A stretch of DNA of 62,902 nucleotides, counting the filler, from Octopus bimaculoides (lineage: Eukaryota): NCBI RefSeq assembly GCF_001194135.2. It is 4 parts of 4 records of this genome, joined end to end, with 100 filler letters (N's around TTAATTAATTAA, not from the genome) between each part and the next. Parts side by side here need not be neighbours in the genome. Positions count along the whole stretch, not along the records: positions 18,113 to 47,454 come from NC_068984.1; 3 more parts are not named here. One strand, 5' to 3'. Positions within the stretch are counted from its first letter, which is position 1. Each line of letters begins with the position of its first letter. Positions 25,204 to 39,624 of the stretch are shown piece after piece. A program made the translations under genes and the position numbers. The notes beneath the pieces are model-generated. The model did no database searches. It had not been told where the DNA came from and saw nothing but the letters and a program-made list of their open reading frames with translations.

Positions 25204-26639
25204 CATTATTATTATTCAGGTACTGTTTAATTCCTGTATTGATTTCCTTTTCCTTCGAATGTATTTTATAACACTGATCTTGTTTCACTGACAAGGAGGA
25301 AGAAAATTTTTTAACGATAGTTAGTGTATTATTTGCAAACAATAAGACAATGGCTGGTCATTTGTTTCTTGTCAACCCGCTGTCCTCTTTTATCAGGTAT
25401 TGCACGTTCTAGAGAATTTAATCTATTCAGATATCTATGTATAGGTTAATGGGTTGGTTTTAAAATGTTTTGTAGTTGCTTTTGTTGTTTAGATCTAAAT
25501 AAAAGAAAGCTCTTTCCGGTGTATCGAAATCTATATTATCCAATGCATTTTCTTTATTTTTATTAGGTAGTGTTCAATTTGAAGGTGATTTGATTGCTAT
25601 TTCCAGCAGATTGAGTGACGAAGTAGAGTCTTAAATACTCCAAAAAGTTGATATTCCACATGCATGTTATTATGACCTTTTAAAAATATTTTTCTCTCCT
25701 GTTACAACTCCTGGAGAATGACTGAGAAGAGTGCCCAAGTAAATCTGCTTGCAAAGCAAATAGTCGTATCGGTGCTACAAATGCTAGCATATTAAGATAG
25801 TGAAACAATTAACTATAATTATAAGAAAACGAACGAACAAAAACACAGAAGAAAAGACAAAAAGGGGAGACAAATCGAAATTATTCTACTGATACTCTGT
25901 AATTAGTGTATGGGTTAACCGTAACCAATGGTTACGGCTAAAACTTAACTGTAGCAAGAGTGCTCTATGGAATATGCAGTCATATCGACAATATTGCACT
26001 GTGGTTAAAGTTTTTGCATTCATATAAACGAATTCGATAAAAAATTTTCGAGATCATTTGGTAGAGATGTATATCCTTTATTTATTATATGTCTTTTATT
26101 ATATCTAGTTAGCACATTATAAATACGTGAGAAACTAGCTATTGATTGTTTTTCATCGCACAGGGACGTTGCCTACAGCGACATTTGTTCTTTTACCGAT
26201 AATTAGAGAACTTGTCGTTTACCTTACTGTCAAGAAATTTTTATTACTTCATTAATAGTTAATTAATTGAAGTTAACTATATAAATCAGATTTTCCCGTT
26301 TAGTGAAGTCTTTATTGGCTATGAGAATATATGCAATCTCTCTTTGCACAGAAAGTGTTGAGTAGGTCGTTTGTGATTAATTTTCCCATATAGGCATAAC
26401 AATACGACTATCGCTGAAATTTTTATTTATATCTGTTCAATATGAACCATCCCAAACTGATGTTATAGCTAAGCAATTACATTATGCAAAATATTCACTG
26501 GTTCATTAATTATTAATGCACCCACGCACACATATATACACACGTATGTATACATACACACACACACATGTATATATACATATATAGTATATACACACAC
26601 ATGCATATATATATATTATACATATATATGTACACACAC

Positions 26640-26691
<52 letters not shown>

Positions 26692-26744
26692 CTTACACAT
26701 GCATACATACATACATATACATATATTTATGCACACACGCATAT

Positions 26745-26782
<38 letters not shown>

Positions 26783-27567
26783 GTATTGAAATGTACATAC
26801 CTGCATGTATATATTTATATACATTTATATATATACATGTATGCATAAAAATCTGTGTGCGCGAGCGAGTGTGTGCGTGAGTGTGTGTGTGTGTGTATAT
26901 ATATATGATATACAGTGAAAGGAAAAAGAGGTGCTCGGCAGTTTGTAGATAGATAAATATGTAAAAATAAAATGAAAAAAAATGATGGTGGTGCTCCAGT
27001 ATGGTCTGGTCCATGACAGATAAAAGTAATTAAAGAAATAAAGGACTTGTGTCACATATATTTGTGTACATACATGCAAAAATAAATATGTATGTGTGTG
27101 TGATGTTTTATGTATGTGTATACGCGCACACGTTTATATACTCACGCACACTTCCTATATTACCAGTTTTATCTGACAGTTGTCTTTCTGATTACATGTA
27201 GATAAAATAATCCGCACACGCCCAGAATGAAGAAAGGCAATCCTTTACTAAATGATTGCTCACTGTATCTTTATCATCATTAAACGTTCCCTCCTAAGTT
27301 TACATCTCATAACTTGGGACATACATTTTGTCCCTGTCGTTTACTTTCTCTCCTTCATTTTATATCTCTCCATCTCTCGGCTGATGTCGTTTTTGTGTGT
27401 TTGTATGTGTGGGATGTAATGTATGTCTTTCTCTATATATGTATTTGTCTATTTGGGTGTTCGTTTGTACTGAGGCTAATGATTTGGAAACGAAATAATT
27501 TGGAAGAGGAGAATATGCGTTTGGAAGAAAGAGAAAGGGTGTGTGAGAGAGAGGGAGAGAGAGAGAG

Positions 27568-27623
<56 letters not shown>

Positions 27624-28020
27624 GGGGAACGAGAGTGAGAGAAAGAGATAGAGAAAGCGAAAATGTGTATTTGTTTATTTGATTGAAAATCTACTGAATA
27701 GAGAAGATAAAAGATGAAAGAAGGATATATTTTCCCTATTTTAGCCCATTCTCCTTCCTCCTACCCTTACTACTGTTGCTACAAATAATAAGAAGACTAT
27801 TAATAATTATTATTTCTACTCTAGGAACAAGGCCTTGAAAATTTTCGGGGAAGCGGGACAGTCGATTACATCGACGCCAGTGTGAAACTGNNNNNNNNNN
27901 NNNNNNNNNNNNNNNNNNNNNNNNNNNNNNNNNNNNNNNNNNNNNNNNNNNNNNNNNNNNNNNNNNNNNNNNNNNNNNNNNNNNNNNNNNNNNNNNNNNN
28001 NNNNNNNNNNNNNNNNNNNN

Positions 28021-28093
28021 CCGTAGTGGCAGACGAAATACCGCTGAGCATTTTGCCCGCCGTGCTAACGATTCTGCCAGCTCGCTGTCTTAC

Positions 28094-28142
<49 letters not shown>

Positions 28143-28362
28143 TATTATTATTATTATAATTTTAAATTTTGGCACAAGGCCAGCAATTTTGGGAGGGGTA
28201 AGTCGATTACACCGACCCCATAGCTAAATGGTACTTATTTTAAAGACCGCGAAAGGATGAAAGGAAAATTCGACCTCTTTAGAACTTGAACCCACTTCAT
28301 GAAGACGGGCGAAATACTGCTAAGCATTTTTTCCGGCGTGTTAACCATTCTGCCAGCTTGCC
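28021..28362 (-). mobile_element. Two tandem SINE family A copies separated by (AAT)n
   Basis: Heads end at about 28086 and 28362 (CTAACGATTCTGCCAGCTCGC; TTAACCATTCTGCCAGCTTGCC). Confidence 0.82.
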
Positions 28363-31034
28363 GATGTTTGGCTTACCATCTTTGTAAGAAGTACAAAACA
28401 ATGTTTTAACTTGTACATCATAGGTATTGAGAAGAGTCTTGTCACAGTAAGAATGATAATTTTTTACGTCAATTTTTTTTAAACATAACTTTATTTAATT
28501 TTGTAAATGAACTAGCTGGTATGTTTCTTTAAATGGTCTGTTAATGTATACAGCGAGGTTCTTTGTCCTACGTGTTCAGGAAGACACTCGGCAAGAAATG
28601 GAAACAAAATTGAAGGAAGAAGAAAAAGTAACGATAATAATAATTCTTTCTACTATAGGTACAAGATCACTCTGACGATCTAGGGTATATACTCACTCAG
28701 TTATGGTATCGGTCATGTTTGACAATTGCTTATTGAGCCATGTCAAAAAATTCATCACGTTCAGAAAATATACTGGAGCGCAGCACTTCCTTCTCTACTG
28801 TCAGTCGTATCCAACGCACTATTTTTTTCAATATCACTACTAAGGAAAAGAAATCTGCTGGTAACACCTTTGGGTGTACCAGCAGATTTCAGCTGTATCA
28901 TATTTATTGGGATACAAAAAAATTACAAAAATCAGAGTTTTGAAACTTAGGGGTTTTAGCGGCTTTCAAGGAAAGTGGTACACAAATTTTTTTTATTTGA
29001 TACCGCCAATGATCGTGTCTTTGTACTGTTCAGGGAAACAAGATTGTTTCCGAGATCTCTGTTTATTTAGGAAGTGTAGATTTGGAGTGAGATATCTAAG
29101 CTGCATGTGGATGACACCTGTGAGTAGAATATTAATGAGAAAAGAAGAGAAGTATCGTATGCATAATAGTGTACGTTGCTATATTAAACGCATCTAAGTC
29201 ATTAAATTATAGAGAAAGTGCATGACACAGCAGAGTTGATAAAGTGTTCGTGAGCATGAGATAATTCAGATAATAACGCCGTATATATATATATATATAT
29301 ATATATNNNNNNNNNNNNNNNNNNNNNNNNNNNNNNNNNNNNNNNNNNNNNNNNNNNNNNNNNNNNNNNNNNNNNNNNNNNNNNNNNNNNNNNNNNNNNN
29401 NNNNNNNNNNNNNNNNNNNNNNNNNNNNNNNNNNNNNNNNNNNNNNNNNNNNNNNNNNNNNNNNNNNNNNNNNNNNNNNNNNNNNNNNNNNNNNNNNNNN
29501 NNNNNNNNNNNNNNNNNNNNNNNNNNNNNNNNNNNNNNNNNNNNNNNNNNNNNNNNNNNNNNNNNNNNNNNNNNNNNNNNNNNNNNNNNNNNNNNNNNNN
29601 NTATATATATATACACATATATACATTTATATGTGTACATACACACACACACACATATTTATACATACGTAAAAGCGTACATATATGTGAGTATCAATGT
29701 ATACATATGTAAATTACTGTTAGTCTTGCTATCTAAATCTTCACACACATGCTTTTCTTTCTCTCTCTTTCTCAAGCCTATCTATCCCTCTATCTATCTA
29801 TCTATCTAAATACATACTTACATACACATACATACACGTATACATAGGTTAGAGTCAATACGTGTCTGAAGGTGACTACTTCTGCGAAAATTTTCAGTTA
29901 TTTGGTTGTTAACATAGGAGTCCGCAAAGGGTGGACAGCCTCACCAACCCAGGGTTGCCGACCAAACCCAGAACTAGACATGCTTTATTTAGACTACCAT
30001 TTCTAGGTTCTTACTAATTGGCAGGTGTGCAGTGCTACCCTTGGGAAGGGCTGCTCAATCACTAGTGATGATGTTGAATATTTTTATCGCTATACTTTCG
30101 AAAAGGAGCGGCCAATATCCTACACCGCCTTCATACAGGTTTGCTATTACATACTTTTTGATGATTAAACCTGTATGTCTTCGTAATGTATTTTCCAAGA
30201 AGTTCCCGTGCGTGAACTTCTGATGAGAGAAGAGTGCACGGAACTGCACTCAGTTTTCAGGTAGATCAGCTTTCCTCTCGGCGGCCCAACATTGACTGGG
30301 ACGACTAGAAGTTGAATGATCCTCAGGTTTAACACCAAAGTATCCTTCTTCTATACAGATATTCTAAAAAGAAGTATGGTTTCATTGCTCCCAGCAACGA
30401 ACTCGTTTACATTAACAGTTGTTTGATTGTCTCAGCACAATTGTTAGATAGCCGTTAGCTTCATCTGTTACTTCAATAGGTTTCCAGCAAAACTCCTCAT
30501 CAATCTGGTGGAAAATCCGGTTTAGTTGCCGGCAACTCGATCATGTAACTGTTTGCATCGGACTGCATTTTATTTGTAGCACTCGTGAGCGACATGACAT
30601 ACATATATATATATATACATCTCCTTTCTGTCAACAGCTCATATGTAAGATTTCTTCCCTGAAGACAAAGGCTCGTATCGTCCGACGATGGAATCAATTT
30701 ACAATCGTTGTTTTGGACCACCGAGCCCCCAGAAACAGCTGTTGGATTTGTAATACTCTTCTTCAACGCATTTCATTCTTGATATAATTTCTATTCTATG
30801 TAAGTCGAACCTTTTTGTATGTAAACATATATACATTTCTTTGTATTTAATGCATTTAATATTCTTAGTATTTCAAACTGCTTAACTTGCTTGTCCTTAC
30901 ATTTACTCCTTTACCCGTTCAAGTATAAAACTCATGAGCACTACTAAGTGTATTCTATACGGAGAATATCTTATTTTCATCTATCAACTAAATACATGCA
31001 TACATATATACGTACATACACAGACGCACACACG

Positions 31035-31112
<78 letters not shown>

Positions 31113-32025
31113 NNNNNNNNNNNNNNNNNNNNNNNNNNNNNNNNNNNNNNNNNNNNNNNNNNNNNNNNNNNNNNNNNNNNNNNNNNNNNNNNNNNNNNNN
31201 NNNNNNNNNNNNNNNNNNNNNNNNNNNNNNNNNNNNNNNNNNNNNNNNNNNNNNNNNNNNNNNNNNNNNNNNNNNNNNNNNNNNNNNNNNNNNNNNNNNN
31301 NNNNNNNNNNNNNNNNNNNNNNNNNNNNNNNNNNNNNNNNNNNNNNNNNNNNNNNNNNNNNNNNNNNNNNNNNNNNNNNNNNNNNNNNNNNNNNNNNNNN
31401 NNNNNNNNNNNNNNNNNNNNNNNNNNNNNNNNNNNNNNNNNNNNNNNNNNNNNNNNNNNNNNNNNNNNNNNNNNNNNNNNNNNNNNNNNNNNNNNNNNNN
31501 NNNNNNNNNNNNNNNNNNNNNNNNNNNNNNNNNNNNNNNNNNNNNNNNNNNNNNNNNNNNNNNNNNNNNNNNNNNNNNNNNNNNNNNNNNNNNNNNNNNN
31601 NNNNNNNNNNNNNNNNNNNNNNNNNNNNNNNNNNNNNNNNNNNNNNNNNNNNNNNNNNNNNNNNNNNNNNNNNNNNNNNNNNNNNNNNNNNNNNNNNNNN
31701 NNNNNNNNNNNNNNNNNNNNNNNNNNNNNNNNNNNNNNNNNNNNNNNNNNNNNNNNNNNNNNNNNNNNNNNNNNNNNNNNNNNNNNNNNNNNNNNNNNNN
31801 NNNNNNNNNNNNNNNNNNNNNNNNNNNNNNNNNNNNNNNNNNNNNNNNNNNNNNNNNNNNNNNNNNNNNNNNNNNNNNNNNNNNNNNNNNNNNNNNNNNN
31901 NNNNNNNNNNNNNNNNNNNNNNNNNNNNNNNNNNNNNNNNNNNNNNNNNNNNNNNNNNNNNNNNNNNNNNNNNNNNNNNNNNNNNNNNNNNNNNNNNNNN
32001 NNNNNNNNNNNNNNNNNNNNNNNNN

Positions 32026-32081
<56 letters not shown>

Positions 32082-32289
32082 CACACACGCGCACGCACAC
32101 ACACACACATGCACATACACACAATGTAATGCCTAAAATAAGAAGAAAATACTTTTAGAAATGCCGTGTTAACATGCAACGGCATTAATCCAGAAGCTAA
32201 ACATGTAGAAAAAGGAAATAGGATTAAATAATAGGATCGCGTGACCACCTGATCGAAAAGCATTTGTTACAGTCAAGGATAACAAAATG

Positions 32290-33620
32290 ATGTTTTTAAA
32301 TGTTAACCGTAGCTTTAAAGTAATAAAGTCAGCAAAAACAGTAATAGGGTTAATCAGTAAAAAGGTTATAGAGAAGACTATTGAAAAAAATCAGGAAGTG
32401 ACTAACTTACAGGAGTTGGTTGATTGTAACACTGTCATCGTGTTGTTCAAGAGGGTTAGCGATAATGTAATTCTAGATTTATGCACTTTGACATTGTTGA
32501 TTTCAACTCAAGAAGGTTTTAGAATACGCAACTAAAAGATATTGTGATACAGTTAAAAGAGATGTAGAGATAACTCATATCAGAAAAACATTACTATCAG
32601 ATAAATCCTATGTCTAGATAATGAAGCCTACTCACTTTGAATGTGAGTATAGGAATCATGTAATAGCGTAGATGCATGCCATCTCATCAGCTTATATTTA
32701 TTTGATGCTTTGAAAGAAAATTTCAATAGCCTCAATATTAGTTTTTATCGAGATGATGGGTTAGACGTATCCACTTACGCCAGATAAGGTTAGAAAAGAT
32801 TTTAGCAATTCCAGTCTGCTAGGACTAGGAACCACGATTAATACTAATCTAAGAACAACTAACGTCTTAGATATCACTCAAGGCTTAACATTTACATGCA
32901 TAAAGCCTTCAACTAATACTTTGAAAACGAATATATGTTAATAAAGGTATTTGTTATCCGTCAAGAATTTTTAGAAATACAGTTCATAAAACTCTAACCC
33001 CTTCTCTTTGCAAATAGATCTCTGACACCACAGCAAACTATTGTGATAGCACTTTTGCTTGAAAACTATGACTAACTATATTCCTAAAATATCTACAAAT
33101 GAGCCTCGAAATATAATGTTTCACCAGTCATTTAAAACCAAAATAAACAAGAGATTACTTGAGCTGGTATAACGCTCTCCACAAACTGCTTGAACGTTGC
33201 ATACAGTATGCATTAAAAGTATTTTAACCAGTAAACAAACGGCATTAGTAGTTAATGAGTGAAATTGCAATAGCAAAATTATATACCTCTTTAATCACGA
33301 CTATAATATCGAAGCAGCACTGAATGGAGCAGAAAAGTGAAACAAAATATATATCAGAATGGTCGAAGAAGTCTTCGAACAAAGATATACTGATCATACT
33401 ACCTCGGAGATAAAGCGAGAAAAATATTTCGATAAAAAATACTTTTTTTAATCGAAATATGAATGGCAACATAAAAACACTGACTACACAATTAAGTAAA
33501 GAATTAGAGAAAAAAATTAGACTATTAATGGAACTGACAAATATACCATGTATCACAGAGAAGGCTATAATATTACACTCTGCAAACCATATTAAGTTTA
33601 TTTGAACACTCGTTCAGATT
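32290..33620 (+). mobile_element. Heavily decayed Penelope-like element (RT plus GIY-YIG)
   Basis: VIKSAKTVIGLISKKVI, FDIVDF, YRDDGL (about 32746-32763), YIRMVEEVFEQRYTDHTTS and TDYTIK*RI occur in colinear order. Confidence 0.8.
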
Positions 33621-34544
33621 GTTTTGGTGTTTGTAGACATTACTACAGAGTTTTGCTGAAATCCGATTATTCCAAAATCCATCTGATGAACGATATTTAT
33701 TAGATTTTTCTCTAAGTCAGATAACGAACTCTTAATTTTCTATAAACCCCCAACCGTTTAATTTATATTTTAGACATATTTAATTTTCAATAATTTTTTT
33801 GTGTGTTCCATTTTAGCTGAATTATCTTTGGTTTAGAGATGTCCACTTTCATCTATAATATTGTTATTTAGGTGCCTTAATATATTTTAATTTTCCACTC
33901 ACCAGAGGACATACTGTTCACGCTTATTAATGATCCCTTACATAGTCTTATAAACGAGAACATTTGTCTGTCGATTTATCTTTCATCACTTAATATTGCT
34001 AATTATAATTACATGTGCTATACGCAAAGGAACTAACTACTTTAAGAAAATTTGCTATTATCTTACCTACAAGTAGTAATGAGATTCAAGGGGTTTACAA
34101 CTCTTCGCTCGAACCAGTTAATACAGCTACAGAAGAATCCGTTCTTAAATTCCGTTGCTTAATTCACATTATAGCAGCTAATTTGACTACATACTGAGAA
34201 GAGAAGTTTTCGGGAAGTTTTCCCTTCCGCGGCGAAATAGTGATCGATCAGCCGGAAACTGACTTCTGGCTCTAAGGTAACAATTGTGGAAACAAGTAAC
34301 CATACACTTCATAGACTGCTATGAATTCCAATGCATATGATTCATCTTCGATCATTAGTAGAAGTTTCAGGCACTTTTAAAGCTCTTTGGCCCTATTTTT
34401 TGTAGGTATTTTTTGTATTTTGTTCATATTTGTAAATTTATTATTAATATTTCAATTTGCATTTCGTCATGCAAATTTTACTTTGAAATCGTCAAAAAAT
34501 AACCTCAGAATTTCTTCTACTTGTTCTTTTATTCTTTTATTCTT

Positions 34545-34718
34545 TTATTTGTTTGCCATTTGACTGTGGCCATGCTGCGGCACCGCCTTTAGTCGCAGAA
34601 ATCGACCATTGGACTTATTTTTTGTAAGCCTAGTACTTATTCTATCAGTCTCATTTGCCGAACCGCTAAGTTACGGGGGACGTAAACACACAAACATCAG
34701 TTTTCAAGCGATGGTGGT

Positions 34719-34762
<44 letters not shown>

Positions 34763-34763
34763 G

Positions 34764-34840
<77 letters not shown>

Positions 34841-34975
34841 CGGGCTTCTTTCAGTTTCCGTCTACCAAATCCACTCACAAGGCTTTGGTCGGCCCGAGGC
34901 TATTGTAGAAGACACGTAACCAAAGTGCCACGCAGTGGGACTGAACCCGGAACCATGTGGTCTGTAAGCTACTTC
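34545..34975 (-). mobile_element. SINE family B, near full length, with internal (CA)n(TA)n
   Basis: Tail at 34545-34718 and head at 34838-34975 match the other copies. Confidence 0.9.
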
Positions 34976-36129
34976 TCTGTCCGTCTGGGACTCCTGTATC
35001 TCCGTATACATTTATTCTACATAGACTATTATACCTCTTTGGAATCAGGATGATCCCGGGATTGAAAATATGCCCTTCATTTTGTTCTTGAACATCCAGC
35101 ATTGAAATTTGTCTTAAAAGCATTTGGGTTGTTATTTCTAGCAGGTAAAATTTGGTTGATTTATGCCATCTTGCTTTGCGTTTGTCAGATGACATCAGAC
35201 ATCAAGGGGAAGATAAATGACATTCGCTTTGTTATTTTTACGTTGAGATAAGAACTTTGGAACAAATTGGTTAACAGTTGGAATTCAAATTTGGACTAGA
35301 TCAATAGAATAATCGCATTACAGAATTAATTCTCATCCGTCTTTAACCTCTGATCAAACACCACCAGGGCATGTAGTCATTATAGACTTATTATAGTCAT
35401 ACTATTTAGCTCTCGTAATTAGCCCTCCGCAATAGCTATCTCAAAAGCCCGCACGGAGTGTGGCTTTTGAGCTAGTTTTAAATAAATGGGGAATATATAA
35501 AAATATAGTTTACTTTAAATAGTAATCGAAAACAAAATATTGTGTACTTCAAGGAGAAAAAAACAACAACAACAAAATCACTTTCATTTCAAAAGCATAT
35601 GCATTGCGAGGAGAGAAGAACATTTCGGTAGCTTATAATTATTTAAGTAGAAGAAAAAAAACATTAATTTTAATATGCAGTGATGTATAAGAATCAGCAA
35701 TATTTTCATTGAGAAATATTTAATTAGAAATAACATTATAATCATTAATTATAAGTTGTAGGTATTAGAGTCAGCAGAAATTATGGACTTGCTATGATAT
35801 CAACCATAGCCGAACGGCCTTCGCTTTTGTTTCAATATTTCAAGCAAACGATGATGTTGCTATACATAACTCATTTCCTCATGGAGAAAAATGCTTTCAT
35901 TTCAAAAGCACATGTATTACAAGAAGAGAAATATTTAGGTAACTTATTAGGATTTAATTAGAAATAATATGAAATAAACATCAATTTTAAGACGTAATGA
36001 TCCAGCAATAGTTTCATTTTAAAAGTAAGAGTATTTTACGAAACAAAATTATATTTTATAGACGTATGTAATTAAAAACATTAAAAAATTATTAATTACA
36101 TGATGTAATGATGTATTAGGGTCAACAGA

Positions 36130-37940
36130 AATTAGAGAGTACCACTGCAGAAACTGGATGTAATGAAACTCTCAAAATTATGCAAGACAAACGAGATACT
36201 TTTCCAGATTACTGGAGTGTGAAGCAGGCTGAGGAGTTCAAGAATGAAATATAATGGGTTGCTCATTATCAACAAGAAACTTAGATCTGATCATTACACA
36301 AATTTTGAGTTCATCAGTTTTAAGGGAACAAATAAAGTTGTGTAACAGGCAGACATGCAGGCAGCTCCTAGAAGAAGAAATGAAAAGAAATAGCCAGTTG
36401 TCGTCTAAAGAACATAATGTTTAGGAAATGCCACTGAGAAAACGTAAAGAGATTACAATTCAAAAATCATATCTCTATGCATTACATGTAAGTGTTTAAT
36501 ACTGTCTACAATACTTAGGATTAGATTAAATATAAAAATGAACTGGGCATGGAAGTAGGACTTCATTCGGGCAAGATAGCTGTTAAAATAGTTGATAATA
36601 TTACGAAATGAAATATTTACGAAAATAATTCAACAAAAAGCGGTGTTCCAGCATAACTGTAGTCCAAGGGCTAAAACAAGTAAGCGATAAAAGAAAAACA
36701 TGTTAAAACATAACGCTTCACTACTTATCCTCAGATTTGAGAAAGTTGAATACAGGGAGTTTCCACCAACAATTTTTCTCATTTTGTTTGACTTGAAAGG
36801 ATAATTAATATGCAGAAACAATGTACATATAACGACGCAGATGAAAGAAAATCGTCTGACTGCGTTTTACTCTGATGGGGTAAGTGTAATGCTTAGCAAG
36901 AACTCAGGTTTGAGTGCTAAACTTAAGCATGCTTTTCCAGAAATCATAATTTGGCACTACTTGATTCATCATCTGCAACCTGTTTTGGATGATTTTATCA
37001 AAGATATAAACAGGTAAAACACTTTAAAATATTGATATTTCGCCAATCAAATGAAACTTGTTCAAATTTCAGGATAACTTGGATTAGAAATCTTAAAGAT
37101 TAGTAGAGTTCTGGGACCAATATAGGCTGTTTGCAGCCTTAGACCAGCTGTTGCATACAGCATTCTTACCCAGCATTGTCCGAATTTTATCCTACTAAAA
37201 AAAATCATGCAAGAATAGCTAGCAATATTTCCCAACAAATCTCTTACAGATGATTTTGACAACGTTAATGACAAATACTCTTCATACAATAAAGTTAAAC
37301 TTAACACAAGCTGAAAAAAAAAAATATGTACAGTTTACTAAATACATAAAAAGCGAAGCTGCTCTATGAATAGAAAATAGATGAAACTATTTCTTCGAAA
37401 GCATTTCAGTTTATTGAGTTTGCTGAAAATAGGAAATATATAAACCTTCCTTCCTAAGGATGCAGTAATAAAGAATATGAAACTTGGACTGATACACGGG
37501 GATACAAAATCAAGAAATAATGAACAAAAAAACTAGCATAATTTATGAATTGGTAAATATAGTAGATAGATGAAATTGTCTCATGGAAAGCGTTTGAAAA
37601 AAATTCGATGAATTGTATAAACAATTTTATCATTTGATCAGTGTCAATGACTTCCGAAATTATGTTCAAAATGTTACCCAAAATTGTCAGAATAAGATCT
37701 CGATAACAGTACATAAGCCAAACATAATGCAAAAACTATAATTAACGTTCTGTAGAAGCAGAAAGAATACTTAAAATGTTGAACATTACATATTCTCATC
37801 AAAGGAATCGTCTTGAAGTTAAAAAGTATGTGGCAAATCTTATGGTGATAAATTTCATCGGCGTGCCATTGAAATTGTAGGAGTGTACAGATTCTGTGAA
37901 AATGCGGTTGCAGAAAAATCACATAGCTGTCGACAAAAAT
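36130..37940 (+). mobile_element. hAT transposase remnant (ZNF862/KIAA1586-like group)
   Basis: PDYWSVKQAEEFK; FYSDGVSVMLSKNSGLSAKLKHAFPEIIIWHYLIHHLQ (SDG..VM.G and CxxH-like motifs); KISRVLGP; dimerisation motif SVEAERILKMLNI...RNRL; many stops and frameshifts. Confidence 0.82.
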
Positions 37941-39546
37941 GAAAAATATGATAAAAATCAAAATTCAGTATGGAAATATTTGAAGCATGAGGATAAATGA
38001 AAGTATTTTATTATATAAAAGCCATTTTTGTTGGTTTATATCTTGCAATTCCATCGAGAAAGAAAATTTAGGAATGTAAAACAGGGAGAAAAGCGATCCC
38101 TAGTTTCAGAGACAAGGAAAAAAAAAAAAAAGGGAAAGAAAGACAAATAGGAAGTAAAATAGAGAGAAATGGTTGCTAACAAATTTTGAACCCACAACTG
38201 CTTGCAAGTCTTTGTTTGTGCGCATAACAGACTATTTCAGCCATAATTTTTATATGGTGAAATGAGCACTTAATACGAATTTCAATAAATCAACTAACAT
38301 GATTAATAAATTTTAAATTTTGATGGTGAAACTGACAATAATAGGTTATTAGTAACAGCATTTACACTGTATATATACACATATTCACTCTACGCAAGTA
38401 ATGAGTTCCTTCTGTGCTTTCTCTATGTTATCACACGATCATAAACGTTGCAACACACACACACACACGCATACACATACATACATACATTACACACACA
38501 CACACATACATACATACATACATTACATACATGCACATACATACATACATACATACATACACACACATATACATAAATTTATAAATATATATGCACACAC
38601 ATACACATATACACACGACGGGGCACCCGCACAGTTTCCGTTTACCATATTTCACTGACAAGGCAATTAGATAGTTAAATAAATAATCAACATGTATGGA
38701 GTTAATAAATTAACAAGGAAATATTGTGACGGTTCAAATTGTGTCAATGATGGCCATTTACAAAACAATAAACAATAAACAAGAAGTGTTACCATTTTGT
38801 TTCTTTTTCTGTATATTTTAGATTCTTTTAAAATTCTTCTCATATATATGTTTTTGTTATTTTTATTAGTTAATTGGGTTATACTGCGTTGGCCTTGACT
38901 GGAGCTTGCAGTCGAAATGTTGCTATTTTTGAATCTACACGTACATACTCACATACACATCCACTTTTGATACAACGATGCGTGTACACATGCAAATCAT
39001 GCAACATATATATGGTTGTATGTATATATCTTAATCTATCAATCTTATGTGGTATCATTCTATCTTCATTATGAGTGGTCAGTGAGGTGAATGTATCCTG
39101 ACCTAATTAAAGTTTTTTCAACTGCTAAGTATGTAAAATAGCCTACTCCCTTACACTCTGAATGGTTATTCTAAGTTTAAATAACACCAACATTGTAGCC
39201 ATATCGTATTTCAAAGTAATTCCTACCATCATGTATACTAAGACTTTGTGATTCCTTCATTTAGGATATGTTTTAAGAACAACTATCTAATATGGAATTC
39301 TTCAGTTCGTTTCAACCACCAACGTGGATAAAAACATGAACAAAATTGCATAGGTATGTCTAACCCGGATAGATACGGACTGCAACTTAACCAACTAAAT
39401 GCACATAAATGCGACATCAAGGGACATTAGGACACTTAGGCAACAGAAACACGTGTCAGATTGGAATCTAATATGAATTTAATACGAATGATACTACAAT
39501 AATCAAGTTTTGAAGATGTATGATTCTCCATTCTTCTTTATGATGT

Positions 39547-39621
<75 letters not shown>

Positions 39622-39624
<3 letters not shown>

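Noticed and set aside
26155-26253. Acceptor followed by GTLPTATFVLLPIIRELVVYLTVKKFLLLH
   Set aside because: No credible donor before the stop; the resemblance to receptor ATDs is probably chance.
28555-29119. Small exon-like pieces (RFFVLRVQEDTRQEMETKLKEEEK; GKQDCFRDLCLFRKCRFGVRYLSCMWMTP)
   Set aside because: Splice sites are plausible, but there is no recognisable homology or consistent chain.
30638-30799. Segment with a strong acceptor (TTTCTGTCAACAG) and donor (GTAAGT)
   Set aside because: All three frames contain stops between the two sites; it could be non-coding or TE-derived.
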